From positions 389-64,388 of the forward strand of contig JAJFKL010000022.1 in assembly GCA_021773235.1 (NCBI GenBank): a stretch of 64,000 nucleotides of DNA, written 5' to 3'. Within the stretch, counting starts at the first letter, position 1; each line of letters opens with the position of its first letter. Below, one piece after another: positions 50,650 through 59,947 of this stretch. The stretch comes from Gammaproteobacteria bacterium (GTDB lineage Bacteria > Pseudomonadota > Gammaproteobacteria > Eutrophobiales > Eutrophobiaceae). Both the position numbers and the translations under genes were made by a program. A model generated the notes under the pieces. That model saw only the letters and a program-made list of their open reading frames with translations, made no database searches and had not been told where the DNA came from.

Positions 50650-51636
50650 ATGCAGTCTTTATCATGGCAAGAACAACTGGCACAGGCCATACGGAAACCC
50701 ACTGATTTACTTGAATTCGCCGGATTAGAGGCCGATTCAATCGGTTATAGCCAACAAGCAATAATGCAGTTTCCTGTACGGGTGCCCTACGCTTTTGCTA
50801 ATCGAATTAAGAAGAACGATCCGAACGACCCCATCTTGCGACAAGTATTCCCTTATAAAGCTGAAGAAGATGAAGCAACTGGATTTATTAATGACCCACT
50901 AGCTGAGCTAAATGTACAACCCGTACACGGCTTATTACAAAAATATAACAGTCGTGTTTTATCAATTACAACGGGTGCCTGTGCGGTGCATTGTCGCTAT
51001 TGCTTCAGACGACATTACCCTTATCAGGAGTCATCCTCATCAAGCAAACATTGGCAAGCGTCGTTAGATCACATCAGAGATGATTCAAGTATTGAAGAAG
51101 TGATACTCAGCGGTGGCGATCCACTAACGCTGTCAGATCGTCGTTTACAAGATATATGTTCATCTCTTGCAAACATCAAACACATCAAACGCATACGCTT
51201 TCATACAAGACTACCTATCGTTCTACCCGCTCGAATTACAACAACACTACTTAAGCAAATAACAGATAACGATAAATCAATCATCTTCGTTATACATAGC
51301 AATCATGCTAATGAATTTGATCATTCAGTTTCAAATGCTATCAAGCGGCTGCAAGAATTTAGCGTATTAGTATTAAATCAATCGGTTCTGTTAAAAGGCA
51401 TTAATGATTCTGTATCGGCGTTAATCAAGCTATCGGAACAACTTGTTGAAAACAATGTTATGCCCTACTACCTGCATCTATTAGATCCCGTTGCGGGTGC
51501 AGCACACTACGACGTCCCAATAGAACAAGCACAACAATTAATACAAGAGATGCAGGCCAGCGTCTCGGGCTACCTAGTTCCTAAATTAGTAAAGGAAGAA
51601 ATTGGCACCGCCAGTAAGACCTTGATAGGGAAATAA
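50650..51636 (+). CDS. epmB: EF-P beta-lysylation protein EpmB (lysine 2,3-aminomutase family, radical SAM)
   Basis: 328 aa. Radical-SAM CxxxCxxC (CAVHCRYCFRR) and GGDPL. Divergent from efp, as in E. coli. Confidence 0.9.
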   Translation: MQSLSWQEQLAQAIRKPTDLLEFAGLEADSIGYSQQAIMQFPVRVPYAFANRIKKNDPNDPILRQVFPYKAEEDEATGFINDPLAELNVQPVHGLLQKYNSRVLSITTGACAVHCRYCFRRHYPYQESSSSSKHWQASLDHIRDDSSIEEVILSGGDPLTLSDRRLQDICSSLANIKHIKRIRFHTRLPIVLPARITTTLLKQITDNDKSIIFVIHSNHANEFDHSVSNAIKRLQEFSVLVLNQSVLLKGINDSVSALIKLSEQLVENNVMPYYLHLLDPVAGAAHYDVPIEQAQQLIQEMQASVSGYLVPKLVKEEIGTASKTLIGK

Positions 51637-51723
51637 CACTAAAGTTTTTATTAGATATGACGATAAGGGTACTAAGAACGGGTATTCCCTCCTTTCCCCA
51701 ACTAACCCGTTCATAATACTTCC

Positions 51724-51749
51724 AGCCGGGCTTATGACCCGGCTTTTTT
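51724..51749 (+). terminator. Rho-independent terminator after epmB
   Basis: AGCCGGG-CTTATGA-CCCGGCT followed by TTTTTT. Confidence 0.85.
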
Positions 51750-51877
51750 ATGTCCACGGATGGACCTATTTATTAATTAGTTGTAGATCTTCAGCTTTCG
51801 GCCAGAAGCGGAAGTAACAACCAAGCTGTGCGGCTTGAACGAAGCGTGACATAGTGAACGCCCGAACGAGTGCTTTG
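51750..51877. repeat. Intergenic repeat block (GTCCA-N4-TGGAC hairpin plus TTCGGCCAGAAG copy 1)
   Basis: ATGTCCACGGATGGAC at 51750-51765. TTCGGCCAGAAG at 51797-51808. GAACGAAGCG/GAACGCCCGAACGAG units. Confidence 0.5.
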
Positions 51878-52453
51878 TTATAAATCACTTTTAGTGCTTT
51901 GATGAAAGATTAAGCCAACACCACTATTTTGATCGACCTCTATATTTGGCAATACATCATCATTTGTGTATGGCTGTTCATCAGGACCGACGCCTAACAA
52001 ATAATAGTGCTCTTGGTCTTTCAATTCGTAATGGTAATAGCGTGGTTCACCGTCCATTTGGACGTGTGTAGGGTCGTGAACAAATACCATAGAATTTTCT
52101 GGCAATGATTTGCTGAGTACTTCCAAAGACTCTGGATACTGCCCATTTTGTGTTTTGTAAAACTCAATGGCATGAACGAGAGACGTAATAGTATTTTTAC
52201 TTAGCTGCACCCTCAAATCATCATAAACACCGCCTCGTTGTACAAAGCCGAAATAAAATAGTGAGCCATAGAGAATGACGCTAAAGCCAATGCCACAGGC
52301 ACCAATAATGGCGAGTTTTTTACCGCCGAGCTTCTTAGTAACCAGCCCCCAAACGATGGCAATTATGCCAAAGATTATTCCTATACCTGGGACAAATGAC
52401 ACACCACCTATTACATATGGGAATATACCAAGCTTCTCCTGTTCTTCGTTCAT
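51878..52453 (-). CDS. Membrane protein with C-terminal GspG (type II secretion pseudopilin)-like domain, no prepilin leader
   Basis: 191 aa. Two N-terminal TM helices. AIEFYKTQNGQYPESLEVL and VHDPT...YHYEL...YYLLGVGPDEQPYTNDDV resemble the GspG C-terminal domain pattern (DPWG..Y.Y....Y.L.S.G.DG..GT.DDI). Confidence 0.55.
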   Translation of the reverse strand: MNEEQEKLGIFPYVIGGVSFVPGIGIIFGIIAIVWGLVTKKLGGKKLAIIGACGIGFSVILYGSLFYFGFVQRGGVYDDLRVQLSKNTITSLVHAIEFYKTQNGQYPESLEVLSKSLPENSMVFVHDPTHVQMDGEPRYYHYELKDQEHYYLLGVGPDEQPYTNDDVLPNIEVDQNSGVGLIFHQSTKSDL

Positions 52454-52500
52454 GCTTTCTCCGTGTATGGCTTACAACTATATTTTAATGAACACTTTGT

Positions 52501-52630
52501 CCGCTTTGAAGCGATAAAATTATTACTCTCAATTCGGCCAGAAGTGGACATTAGCGCCCACATCAGTGGCAGGAGGAAACACAGCTTGCATAGATACAGC
52601 TGCCAAGTGCTTGTTAGCGGGAGATGAGCA
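52501..52630. repeat. Intergenic repeat block (TTCGGCCAGAAG copy 2)
   Basis: TTCGGCCAGAAG at 52533-52544, on the same strand as copies 1 and 3. CGCTT-TGA-AGCG mini-hairpin at 52502-52513. Confidence 0.45.
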
Positions 52631-52996
52631 CTAGGGTTTGAGCCAGTCATAAGCTTCATCTTCATTTGTAAACAATTTACAGCTGATACCTGCGTTACGA
52701 AATACTACTTCAATAAAGTCGTGTGAGTGATCGTTTTGGGAGTGAAGTATGGCGATTTTTGATCTACGGTCTAATTTGAAATAGGTCATTTCCTTATATG
52801 CAAGCTTATACTGAGATAAAACGCTGGCAACGTTTGGAACTTCACGAACATCCGCATAGTAATTCAGAAGACCGTTTCGGTTAGCCGTTTCAATTGCCTC
52901 TTTTGCAAAGCGCCGTTCCAGATCCGCAGTAATTGAGTGACAAACCTTAATCCGTACGAATCTGCTCTCTTTTGAAACATCAATTTTATAATCCAT
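52631..52996 (-). CDS. Hypothetical 121 aa cytoplasmic protein
   Basis: The ORF has a plausible length and no TM segment. No family recognised; a STAS-like alpha/beta fold is only a guess. Confidence 0.5.
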   Translation of the reverse strand: MDYKIDVSKESRFVRIKVCHSITADLERRFAKEAIETANRNGLLNYYADVREVPNVASVLSQYKLAYKEMTYFKLDRRSKIAILHSQNDHSHDFIEVVFRNAGISCKLFTNEDEAYDWLKP

Positions 52997-53084
52997 AAGT
53001 AACTCATGCTAGCTTGTTAATATCGAGCCATTTTAGGTCTCGTTCTCTGACCATTTTAAAGTAAGGACCGAAGCTTATTCTTTG

Positions 53085-53335
53085 AGAGCACCTATAAATT
53101 TACATCTTTTCAATATGCCCACTTTCGGTCGATCTTATCATCATTCGTATTTCGGCCAGAAGCAGCCATTACAACAAATATCATTTAACTTCTGCTCCAT
53201 ACAAGAAGCGGACGGTGAGTTGAAAATAATAAACATGTCACTATCGGTCAAAAGCGACCGATCTGGCTACGAAGCGAGAATGACCGCTCCTGATAAAAAG
53301 CAACTTGTCATAAGACTGTCTTATACTTAGCAGAT
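53085..53335. repeat. Intergenic repeat block (TTCGGCCAGAAG copy 3 plus related units)
   Basis: TTCGGTCGATC at 53124-53134. TTCGGCCAGAAG at 53151-53162. Hairpin ATCGGTC-AAAAGC-GACCGAT at 53243-53262. CTACGAAGCGAGAATGACCGCTCC. Confidence 0.5.
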
Positions 53336-53443
53336 TAAATTAATTAGAATATTTCAGTTCTTCTCTGAACTGTCGATATATAGACACATCCTGATATGTA
53401 TTTATAATAAAAACAATATATCTCCCAAGGGGACAGCTAAAAA

Positions 53444-56125
53444 ATGCGTAAACGTGACGGCAAAGAATCCATGTATTCCTATGCTGAATTGTTAGCTGTT
53501 CTCAAGTCCAGTTTCTTTCTTATTGGTGTATCACTTGCGGTATTTGTTTGGGTTATTGATCCGATCATCGATGCTGTATTTCTGGGAGAAGAGACTATTG
53601 TCCAGCGACTATTTTCTCCAGACGCACATGAAGTATATATGCGAACTATTATATCTGCGGTTATTATCATATATAGTTTTATTGGTAGCTTCTTGTTAAA
53701 ACACTTCAAACAGGCGGAAACATCGCTAAAGATTAGTGAGCAACGTTTCCGAAAACTATTCGATGAAAATCCCGCTATGTTGTTTACCGTTGATGAAATC
53801 GGCACGTTAATCTCTGTCAACCAGTTTGGCATTGCTCAACTGGGTTACACAATAGAGCAACTCGTTGAACAACCCGTCACAAATATGTTTCATGAAGAAG
53901 ATAGATTCTTGGCACAGGAAAATCTAAAACAATGCTTTGCTGAACCAGACAAGGTGCACCGCTGGGAATTAAGAAAAATATGTCATGATGGGAGAGTAAT
54001 ATGGGTACGTGAGACAGCTCGTATGGTATTTGATGCCGATGGTAAGCGAATGGTTCTGATTGTGTGTGATGAGAACGTCACCGAAAGACACAGGCTAAAG
54101 GAACGCTTTCAGCAGGTATTTAATAACTCCCCTAATGCCTTAATCATTAGTAATGAACAAGGTGAAATAACGTTAACGAATTCTAGTACGACAACGATGT
54201 TTGGTTATGAAAGTGATCAGTTAATCGGTATGTGTATTGAGGATTTGATGCCAGAACGTTATCGAGGGCATCATCCAAAATTACGTCAGGGTTATATAAG
54301 TGACTCAAGCCCAAGACCGATGGGTGCTGGGCGAGAGTTATATGGTCTGCGTAAAGATGGGATTGAGTTTCCTATTGAGATTGGTTTAAATATTATTGAA
54401 TCTGATTCTGAATCTTTGGTGTTAGGTACAGTTACTGACATCACCGAGCGCAAGAAGAAGGCAGAACAAGTCATACGGTTTAGCCGAATTTTTGAAGACT
54501 CACTCAATGAAATCTATTTATTTACTGCGGACACTTTGAAGTTTGAGCAAGTGAACAACGCGGCCCTGCAAAATCTTGGTTACACAATGGAAGAACTTCG
54601 AGAACTAACTCCTCTATCGATAAAACCTGAATTTACACATGAATTGTTTGAAGAATTAATAGCCCCCTTACGTAAAGGTGAAAAGGAAAAGATTATTTTT
54701 GAGACCACTCATCAACGTAAAGATAAATCGCTTTATGATGTGGAAATTCATCTACAGCTTATAAAATATGGTCATGAAGCATTATTTACCGCGATGATTC
54801 TAGATATTACCGAGCGCAAAAAAGGAGAGGCAAAACTCAGCTATCAGTCATCCCATGATGCGTTAACAGGGCTTATTAACCGCAGAGAGTTTGAACGCCG
54901 AACGGAACGATTACTTTCATCCATTAAACAGGTCAAAGCAGAACATGCCCTGTGTTATATGGATCTAGATCAATTCAAAGTGGTCAATGATACCTGTGGT
55001 CATGCTGCAGGCGATGAACTGCTTAGACAACTTGGCACGGTGCTACAAGAAGTCGTCCGACATCGCGATACGCTAGCCCGTCTGGGCGGCGATGAATTCG
55101 GCGTATTAATGGAACATTGTCCGCTTGATGATGCACATCGTGTTGCCACCGCAATACAAACCGCCATTCAAGACTTTCACTTTCTATGGGAAGGACGCAG
55201 TTTCAGAGTCGGCGCGAGCATGGGCTTAGTCCCGATAACAAACACCACCCCTAATTTAACCGAGTTGTTAAAAGGCGCTGATGCGGCCTGTTACATGGCC
55301 AAGGACAAGGGCCGTAATCGTATTCACGTACACCACCGAGACGATAAAGCGTTATCAGCACGGCACGGTGAGATGCAATGGGTCAGCCGACTACAACACG
55401 CCCTTGCTGAAAACCGGTTTTGTCTCTACGCACAGGCTATCGCGCCGCTGAATAATAGTCAGGAACGTCATTATGAACTACTCGTCAGAATGCTCGACGA
55501 GGAAGGCAACCTTGTCCCGCCGGGTGCGTTTTTACCTGCTGCTGAGCGTTATAATCTCATCACACAATTAGATAAGTGGGTTGTAGAAAATGCCTTTCTG
55601 GCATTGAAAGCCAACCCGGCTTTTCTTGAGCAGATTAATTTTATCTCCATCAACTTGTCCGGTCAGTCGCTGGCTGATGCGGACTTTCTGAACTTTGTCG
55701 TTGAACAATTCCACGACCACGAGATTGATGGCGAAAAGATCTGTTTTGAAATCACGGAGACTGCCGCCATCTCGAATCTCTCGAAGGCAGATCATTTTAT
55801 ATCCGAGCTGAGACAATTTGGCTGTCGTTTTGCCTTGGATGACTTTGGTAGTGGACTGTCTTCGTTTGGTTACTTGAAGAGTCTGCCCGTGGATTACCTG
55901 AAAATTGACGGCCTGTTTGTTAAAGATATGGTCAATGACCCGATAGACCACGCCATGGTGAAATCCATTAATGAGATTGGTCAGGTGATGGGCATGCAGA
56001 CCATTGCTGAATTTGTTGAGAATGATGAAATAAAAGGGATGTTACGCGAGATAGGCGTTAACTATGCTCAGGGTTATGGTATTCATAAGCCTGAACCATT
56101 GGATAAACTAATGGGACTAGTATAA
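53444..56125 (+). CDS. Membrane-anchored PAS/PAS/PAS-GGDEF-EAL c-di-GMP turnover protein
   Basis: 893 aa. Two N-terminal TM segments and three PAS-like modules, each ending in (D)ITERK. GGDEF domain with RHRD-x5-GGDEF. EAL domain (YELLVRM, DDFGSGLSSFGYLK, KIDGLFV, EFVE). Confidence 0.9.
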   Translation: MRKRDGKESMYSYAELLAVLKSSFFLIGVSLAVFVWVIDPIIDAVFLGEETIVQRLFSPDAHEVYMRTIISAVIIIYSFIGSFLLKHFKQAETSLKISEQRFRKLFDENPAMLFTVDEIGTLISVNQFGIAQLGYTIEQLVEQPVTNMFHEEDRFLAQENLKQCFAEPDKVHRWELRKICHDGRVIWVRETARMVFDADGKRMVLIVCDENVTERHRLKERFQQVFNNSPNALIISNEQGEITLTNSSTTTMFGYESDQLIGMCIEDLMPERYRGHHPKLRQGYISDSSPRPMGAGRELYGLRKDGIEFPIEIGLNIIESDSESLVLGTVTDITERKKKAEQVIRFSRIFEDSLNEIYLFTADTLKFEQVNNAALQNLGYTMEELRELTPLSIKPEFTHELFEELIAPLRKGEKEKIIFETTHQRKDKSLYDVEIHLQLIKYGHEALFTAMILDITERKKGEAKLSYQSSHDALTGLINRREFERRTERLLSSIKQVKAEHALCYMDLDQFKVVNDTCGHAAGDELLRQLGTVLQEVVRHRDTLARLGGDEFGVLMEHCPLDDAHRVATAIQTAIQDFHFLWEGRSFRVGASMGLVPITNTTPNLTELLKGADAACYMAKDKGRNRIHVHHRDDKALSARHGEMQWVSRLQHALAENRFCLYAQAIAPLNNSQERHYELLVRMLDEEGNLVPPGAFLPAAERYNLITQLDKWVVENAFLALKANPAFLEQINFISINLSGQSLADADFLNFVVEQFHDHEIDGEKICFEITETAAISNLSKADHFISELRQFGCRFALDDFGSGLSSFGYLKSLPVDYLKIDGLFVKDMVNDPIDHAMVKSINEIGQVMGMQTIAEFVENDEIKGMLREIGVNYAQGYGIHKPEPLDKLMGLV

Positions 56126-56235
56126 ATAAGTCAAAGGATGATGAAACCAAGTCCTAATCCATCCGAATAGATAGAGGTACTAGTCAACCTATAACGTCCA
56201 CTTTTTAACAATTAGTACCAACTTAATTGTATTAG

Positions 56236-56310
56236 CCGGAGGTCTGCTTCCGCTTATAAGCAGTCGTTCTTATTAATTAGCTCTAATGATGCTTTGGGTC
56301 GATTGCTGCA
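56236..56310. repeat. Intergenic repeat units downstream of the GGDEF-EAL gene
   Basis: Hairpin CTGCTT-N8-AAGCAG at 56244-56263. CTTTGGGTCGATTGC at 56292-56306 is related to the TTCGGTCGATC / ATCGGTCAAAAGC units at 53.1-53.3 kb. Confidence 0.4.
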
Positions 56311-56436
56311 TATTATCATTCTTGGTGATAACAAAAAGCAGTCACTGGAAATTAATTGGACACTACTCTAAATTGAGTAGATTAAACTTATGTATTAGTA
56401 CTCAAAACAGATGATGCACAACTCTCTATTTCAACT

Positions 56437-59109
56437 TCAATTTAACTCTAACCTCAAACTCACAGTTTGTGGATCGTTATTATTTTCAACTTTAACAAAA
56501 CCAAAACTTTTGGCGAGTTTTTGCATGGGGAAATTATTTGCTAGCGTATGGGCAAGTAATCGTTTAGTACCGTGCTCTCGACAATACTCAATTGTTTTAC
56601 TCATCAGCTTTTTACCCACACCTTTTTTCTGCATGTCTGAACGCACAATGATCGCGAATTCAGCTTCAATATTATCTGCGTCACTAACAACCCTGGTTAC
56701 GGCTATCGTTTCATCGTTACCCTCTGAATTTTTCTTTACCGCAATAAAAGCCATTTCCCGATCGTAATCAATTTGTGTGAAGTGTGCCATTTGTGAATGA
56801 GTAAAATTATTCACTGCACGAAAAAAACGAAAATAGATGTCTTCTGGGTTGATGTGCGAAAAGAATTCATGATGTGCCATTTCATCTTCTGGTTTAATCG
56901 GTCGAATCAAAACATCTTCATTCGTTGAGAGCTGGCAAATAGTTTCTAACTCTTGTGGATAGGGTCGAATCGCAAGATGGTTAGTCATGCCAGAATCAAC
57001 AGGATTTATTTTGATTCTGGAATCTAGTGCTATAACACCACGATCATCAGCAATAAGCGGGTTGATATCGAGTTCCTGAAGTTCAGGATGATCGACAACT
57101 AGCTGTGATATTTTTACCAAGGTGACAAGTATGGCATCCATATTTGCCGGCTTAACATCCCTATAACCCTTAAGCACTTTAGCGATTCGTGTACGTTGAA
57201 CAAGATCGTTGGCAAGCTTCATGTTCAACGGTGGCAAAGCGACAGATTTATCATTAACCACCTCGACTGAAACACCACCATGACCGAATAAGATGACAGG
57301 CCCAAAGATAGAATCAGTAGTCACCCCGATGATTAATTCATAAGCATTTGGGCAGTCCACCATTGCTTGTACTGTAAACCCTTCAATGTTTGCATCAGGA
57401 TTACTTTTTTTAATCCGGGCTAACATGCCTTCGGCCGAAAGTTTCAGTATTGATGCAGATTCAATATTAAGGAGTACACCACCAACATCAGATTTGTGAC
57501 TAATATCTTTTGAGAGTATTTTTAATGCGACTGGAAAACCTATTAGCTCCGCATGTGCGATGGCTTCTTCTACGTTTCGTGCTATTAATGTCTTAACGAC
57601 AGGGATCTGATAAGCGTCCAACACATCTTTTGCTTCAGGCTCTGTGAGTATGCTGCGATTTTCGTTTAAGACCGATTCAATGATTTTACGTACTCTTTTT
57701 GAATCAGGCTTAAATTCTTCTGGAACAGAGGGCGGTAACTCCATCAAGTTCTTTTGGTTTTCGTTGTACTCCACCGTTTGCAGGAAAGCACTGATTGCTG
57801 ACTCTGGCGTTTCGTATTGGGGAATACTATTTTCTTCAAAGATTTCTCTTGATTCTTGAACAGCATCTTCACCCATCCAACAGGTCAAGACAGGTTTATG
57901 CGAGTCATGTATAGCCTCTGTAATTGCACGTGCTACCTCAGCGTTGTCGATAATGGCTACAGGAACTAGCATAACTAATATGGCATCGTAATTAGGATCA
58001 TCTAACAAAATCTTTAAAGCCTGGACATAACGCACCGCATCACTGTCTCCAATAATGTCTACCGGATTGCCACGTGACCATGTGGCAGGAAGAAACTCAT
58101 CTAAGGCTTGAATTGTTTTAGGCGCAAGTTCTGCGAGATGTCCACCATTGGCGATTAAACTGTCTGTTGCCAATACTCCAATACCACCGCCATTGGTTAA
58201 TATAGTCAATCGGTCGCCATTTATGCTCGGAACATGTGCTAGTGTTTCCACAGCATCAAATAGGTTTTGAATAGAATAAACACGCAACATCCCTGCCCGA
58301 CGTATCGCGGCATCAAACACATCGTCATTTCCGGCTAATGCGCCAGTGTGCGAAGCTGCTGCCTTAGCTCCTTCGGCCATTCTTCCTGACTTAATGACGA
58401 TTACTTTCTTATTACGAGCCGTCGCACGTGCAGCCGACATAAATTTTCGGGCAAATTTGATCGACTCAACATATAACAATATACCGGTAGTATTTTTATC
58501 TGTGCCGAGATAATCGAGTAAGTCGCCGAAATCAACGTCTGAGCTATCACCTAGCGAAATAAAATATGAAAACCCAATGCCACGCGACTTGGCCCAGTCT
58601 AATATCGATGTGCATATCGCACCCGATTGTGAAATTACTGCAATACTTCCCGGTAGAGAGTCTGTATGCGCAAAGCTAGCATTTAAACCAATGCCAGGAA
58701 TGAGTAAACCAACACAATTAGGGCCAAGGATGCGAAAATCATAATGTCTTGCGATATCAAGGATTTCTTGTTCAAGCTTATTACCTTCACTTGCGTGAAA
58801 ACCCGCACTAATAACAACAGCTGTACGAGTTCCCTTCTCTCCTAATTGCATAATAATGTCGGGAACCGTGTTTGCGGGTGTACATATCACGGCAAAATCA
58901 GGTACTACAGGTAAATCAGCAATGCGCTTATAGGCATACACACCACAGATGGTTTCGTACTTAGGGTTAACTGGTAAAATTGGCCCATCAAAACCGCCAC
59001 TCAATAGATTCTTCATCACCACATTACCGATCGATAACGGTTTATCTGATGCGCCGATTAAAACTACCGACTTGGGGTTTAACAGCTTGTTTAGGTTAAT
59101 AACGCTCAT
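56437..59109 (-). CDS. patZ: Bifunctional ADP-forming acyl-CoA synthetase-like / GNAT protein lysine acetyltransferase (Pat/YfiQ type)
   Basis: 890 aa. N-terminal CoA-binding/succinyl-CoA synthetase-like region (PKSVVLIGASDKP...VNPKY; ISQSGA), ATP-grasp region and a C-terminal GNAT (RSDMQKKGVGKKLM). Confidence 0.85.
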   Translation of the reverse strand: MSVINLNKLLNPKSVVLIGASDKPLSIGNVVMKNLLSGGFDGPILPVNPKYETICGVYAYKRIADLPVVPDFAVICTPANTVPDIIMQLGEKGTRTAVVISAGFHASEGNKLEQEILDIARHYDFRILGPNCVGLLIPGIGLNASFAHTDSLPGSIAVISQSGAICTSILDWAKSRGIGFSYFISLGDSSDVDFGDLLDYLGTDKNTTGILLYVESIKFARKFMSAARATARNKKVIVIKSGRMAEGAKAAASHTGALAGNDDVFDAAIRRAGMLRVYSIQNLFDAVETLAHVPSINGDRLTILTNGGGIGVLATDSLIANGGHLAELAPKTIQALDEFLPATWSRGNPVDIIGDSDAVRYVQALKILLDDPNYDAILVMLVPVAIIDNAEVARAITEAIHDSHKPVLTCWMGEDAVQESREIFEENSIPQYETPESAISAFLQTVEYNENQKNLMELPPSVPEEFKPDSKRVRKIIESVLNENRSILTEPEAKDVLDAYQIPVVKTLIARNVEEAIAHAELIGFPVALKILSKDISHKSDVGGVLLNIESASILKLSAEGMLARIKKSNPDANIEGFTVQAMVDCPNAYELIIGVTTDSIFGPVILFGHGGVSVEVVNDKSVALPPLNMKLANDLVQRTRIAKVLKGYRDVKPANMDAILVTLVKISQLVVDHPELQELDINPLIADDRGVIALDSRIKINPVDSGMTNHLAIRPYPQELETICQLSTNEDVLIRPIKPEDEMAHHEFFSHINPEDIYFRFFRAVNNFTHSQMAHFTQIDYDREMAFIAVKKNSEGNDETIAVTRVVSDADNIEAEFAIIVRSDMQKKGVGKKLMSKTIEYCREHGTKRLLAHTLANNFPMQKLAKSFGFVKVENNNDPQTVSLRLELN

Positions 59110-59259
59110 ACGATAGCCTTTAAATCTCCAAAATTAGATGCATGCCAATAGTACATACGACATATTACCAAATTATTGCACTGCACAATAATTATCTGTC
59201 AAAAGAACTTTATTGATTATTAATCAATAACTTATAGTTTTAAAAGGCAATGACTTATT

Positions 59260-59844
59260 TTATGGAAGGGCTAGTTTTCGTCTGAATTCTGCAAGTTGCT
59301 CATGATAATCTGTCGCTTCACCATAATCGATGAAGTCCTGATAGCGAGCGTGCCTGCCGATGACTTTTCTTGCATGTTTTATTGGACACCAATATTGCTC
59401 TGTTCGTGCGGCTATTTCTCTTGCATAAGCAATAACACCATTGCCGTATTCGCAATAAACACAATTGAAACGTTCTATGCTATTCAGATGTTTTAATTTG
59501 TGGCGATCGATCACGATATAGTGAGCTCGTTTAACTTTCTTGATTCGATACAAACTAAAACAAATTACCTGATAAAGCGTCATGCTGATATCAAGAATTA
59601 CAAAGGGAATAATCATGCTGTATATAAAAGGAGCGGAAAGCAGGTTTCTTAACTTACTATCCAGGAAAAATCTGAATAGATTTTTTTTCATTTTTTTATG
59701 TGCGTCTTCTATGCCTTCCTTGAATTTTACTTTTCCATCTTCATAAAAATAGAGAATCTTCTCTTGTCGTTCACTAATGACTTTTTCTATTTCATCTTCT
59801 ATATCAGATATCTGAGTTAGCAATTCTTTAACTTTTTCGTCCAT
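59260..59844 (-). CDS. Hypothetical membrane protein with Cys-rich C-terminal domain
   Basis: 194 aa. N-terminal coiled coil, a TM hairpin (LLSAPFIYSMIIPFVILDISMTLYQVICFSLY) and CVYCEYGNG...EQYWCPIKH. Confidence 0.6.
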   Translation of the reverse strand: MDEKVKELLTQISDIEDEIEKVISERQEKILYFYEDGKVKFKEGIEDAHKKMKKNLFRFFLDSKLRNLLSAPFIYSMIIPFVILDISMTLYQVICFSLYRIKKVKRAHYIVIDRHKLKHLNSIERFNCVYCEYGNGVIAYAREIAARTEQYWCPIKHARKVIGRHARYQDFIDYGEATDYHEQLAEFRRKLALP

Positions 59845-59947
59845 AATTATTCCTTATAATTAATTCACGACTTCAATCTGATTGATTATTAAAATATTAA
59901 TTAATATTCATCATCCTCTTATGTGTAGATCTAAAGATTGCATTGAC

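Noticed and set aside
52450-52665. 71 aa minus-strand ORF bridging the 52454-52630 spacer.
   Set aside because: It overlaps both neighbouring genes' ends and runs through repeat copy 2. It has no RBS or motif.
51797-53162. Considered whether the three TTCGGCCAGAAG copies form a CRISPR array.
   Set aside because: The exact repeat is only 12 nt. The spacing is 736 and 618 nt, which is irregular and far too long. Protein-coding genes lie between the copies, and there are no cas genes.
53082-53330. 82 aa plus-strand ORF in the 52997-53443 spacer.
   Set aside because: It has no RBS. It is composed almost entirely of the intergenic repeat units, and its translation is low-complexity.
56411-56767. 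118 aa plus-strand ORF.
   Set aside because: It is antisense to the GNAT domain of patZ, which has clear motifs.
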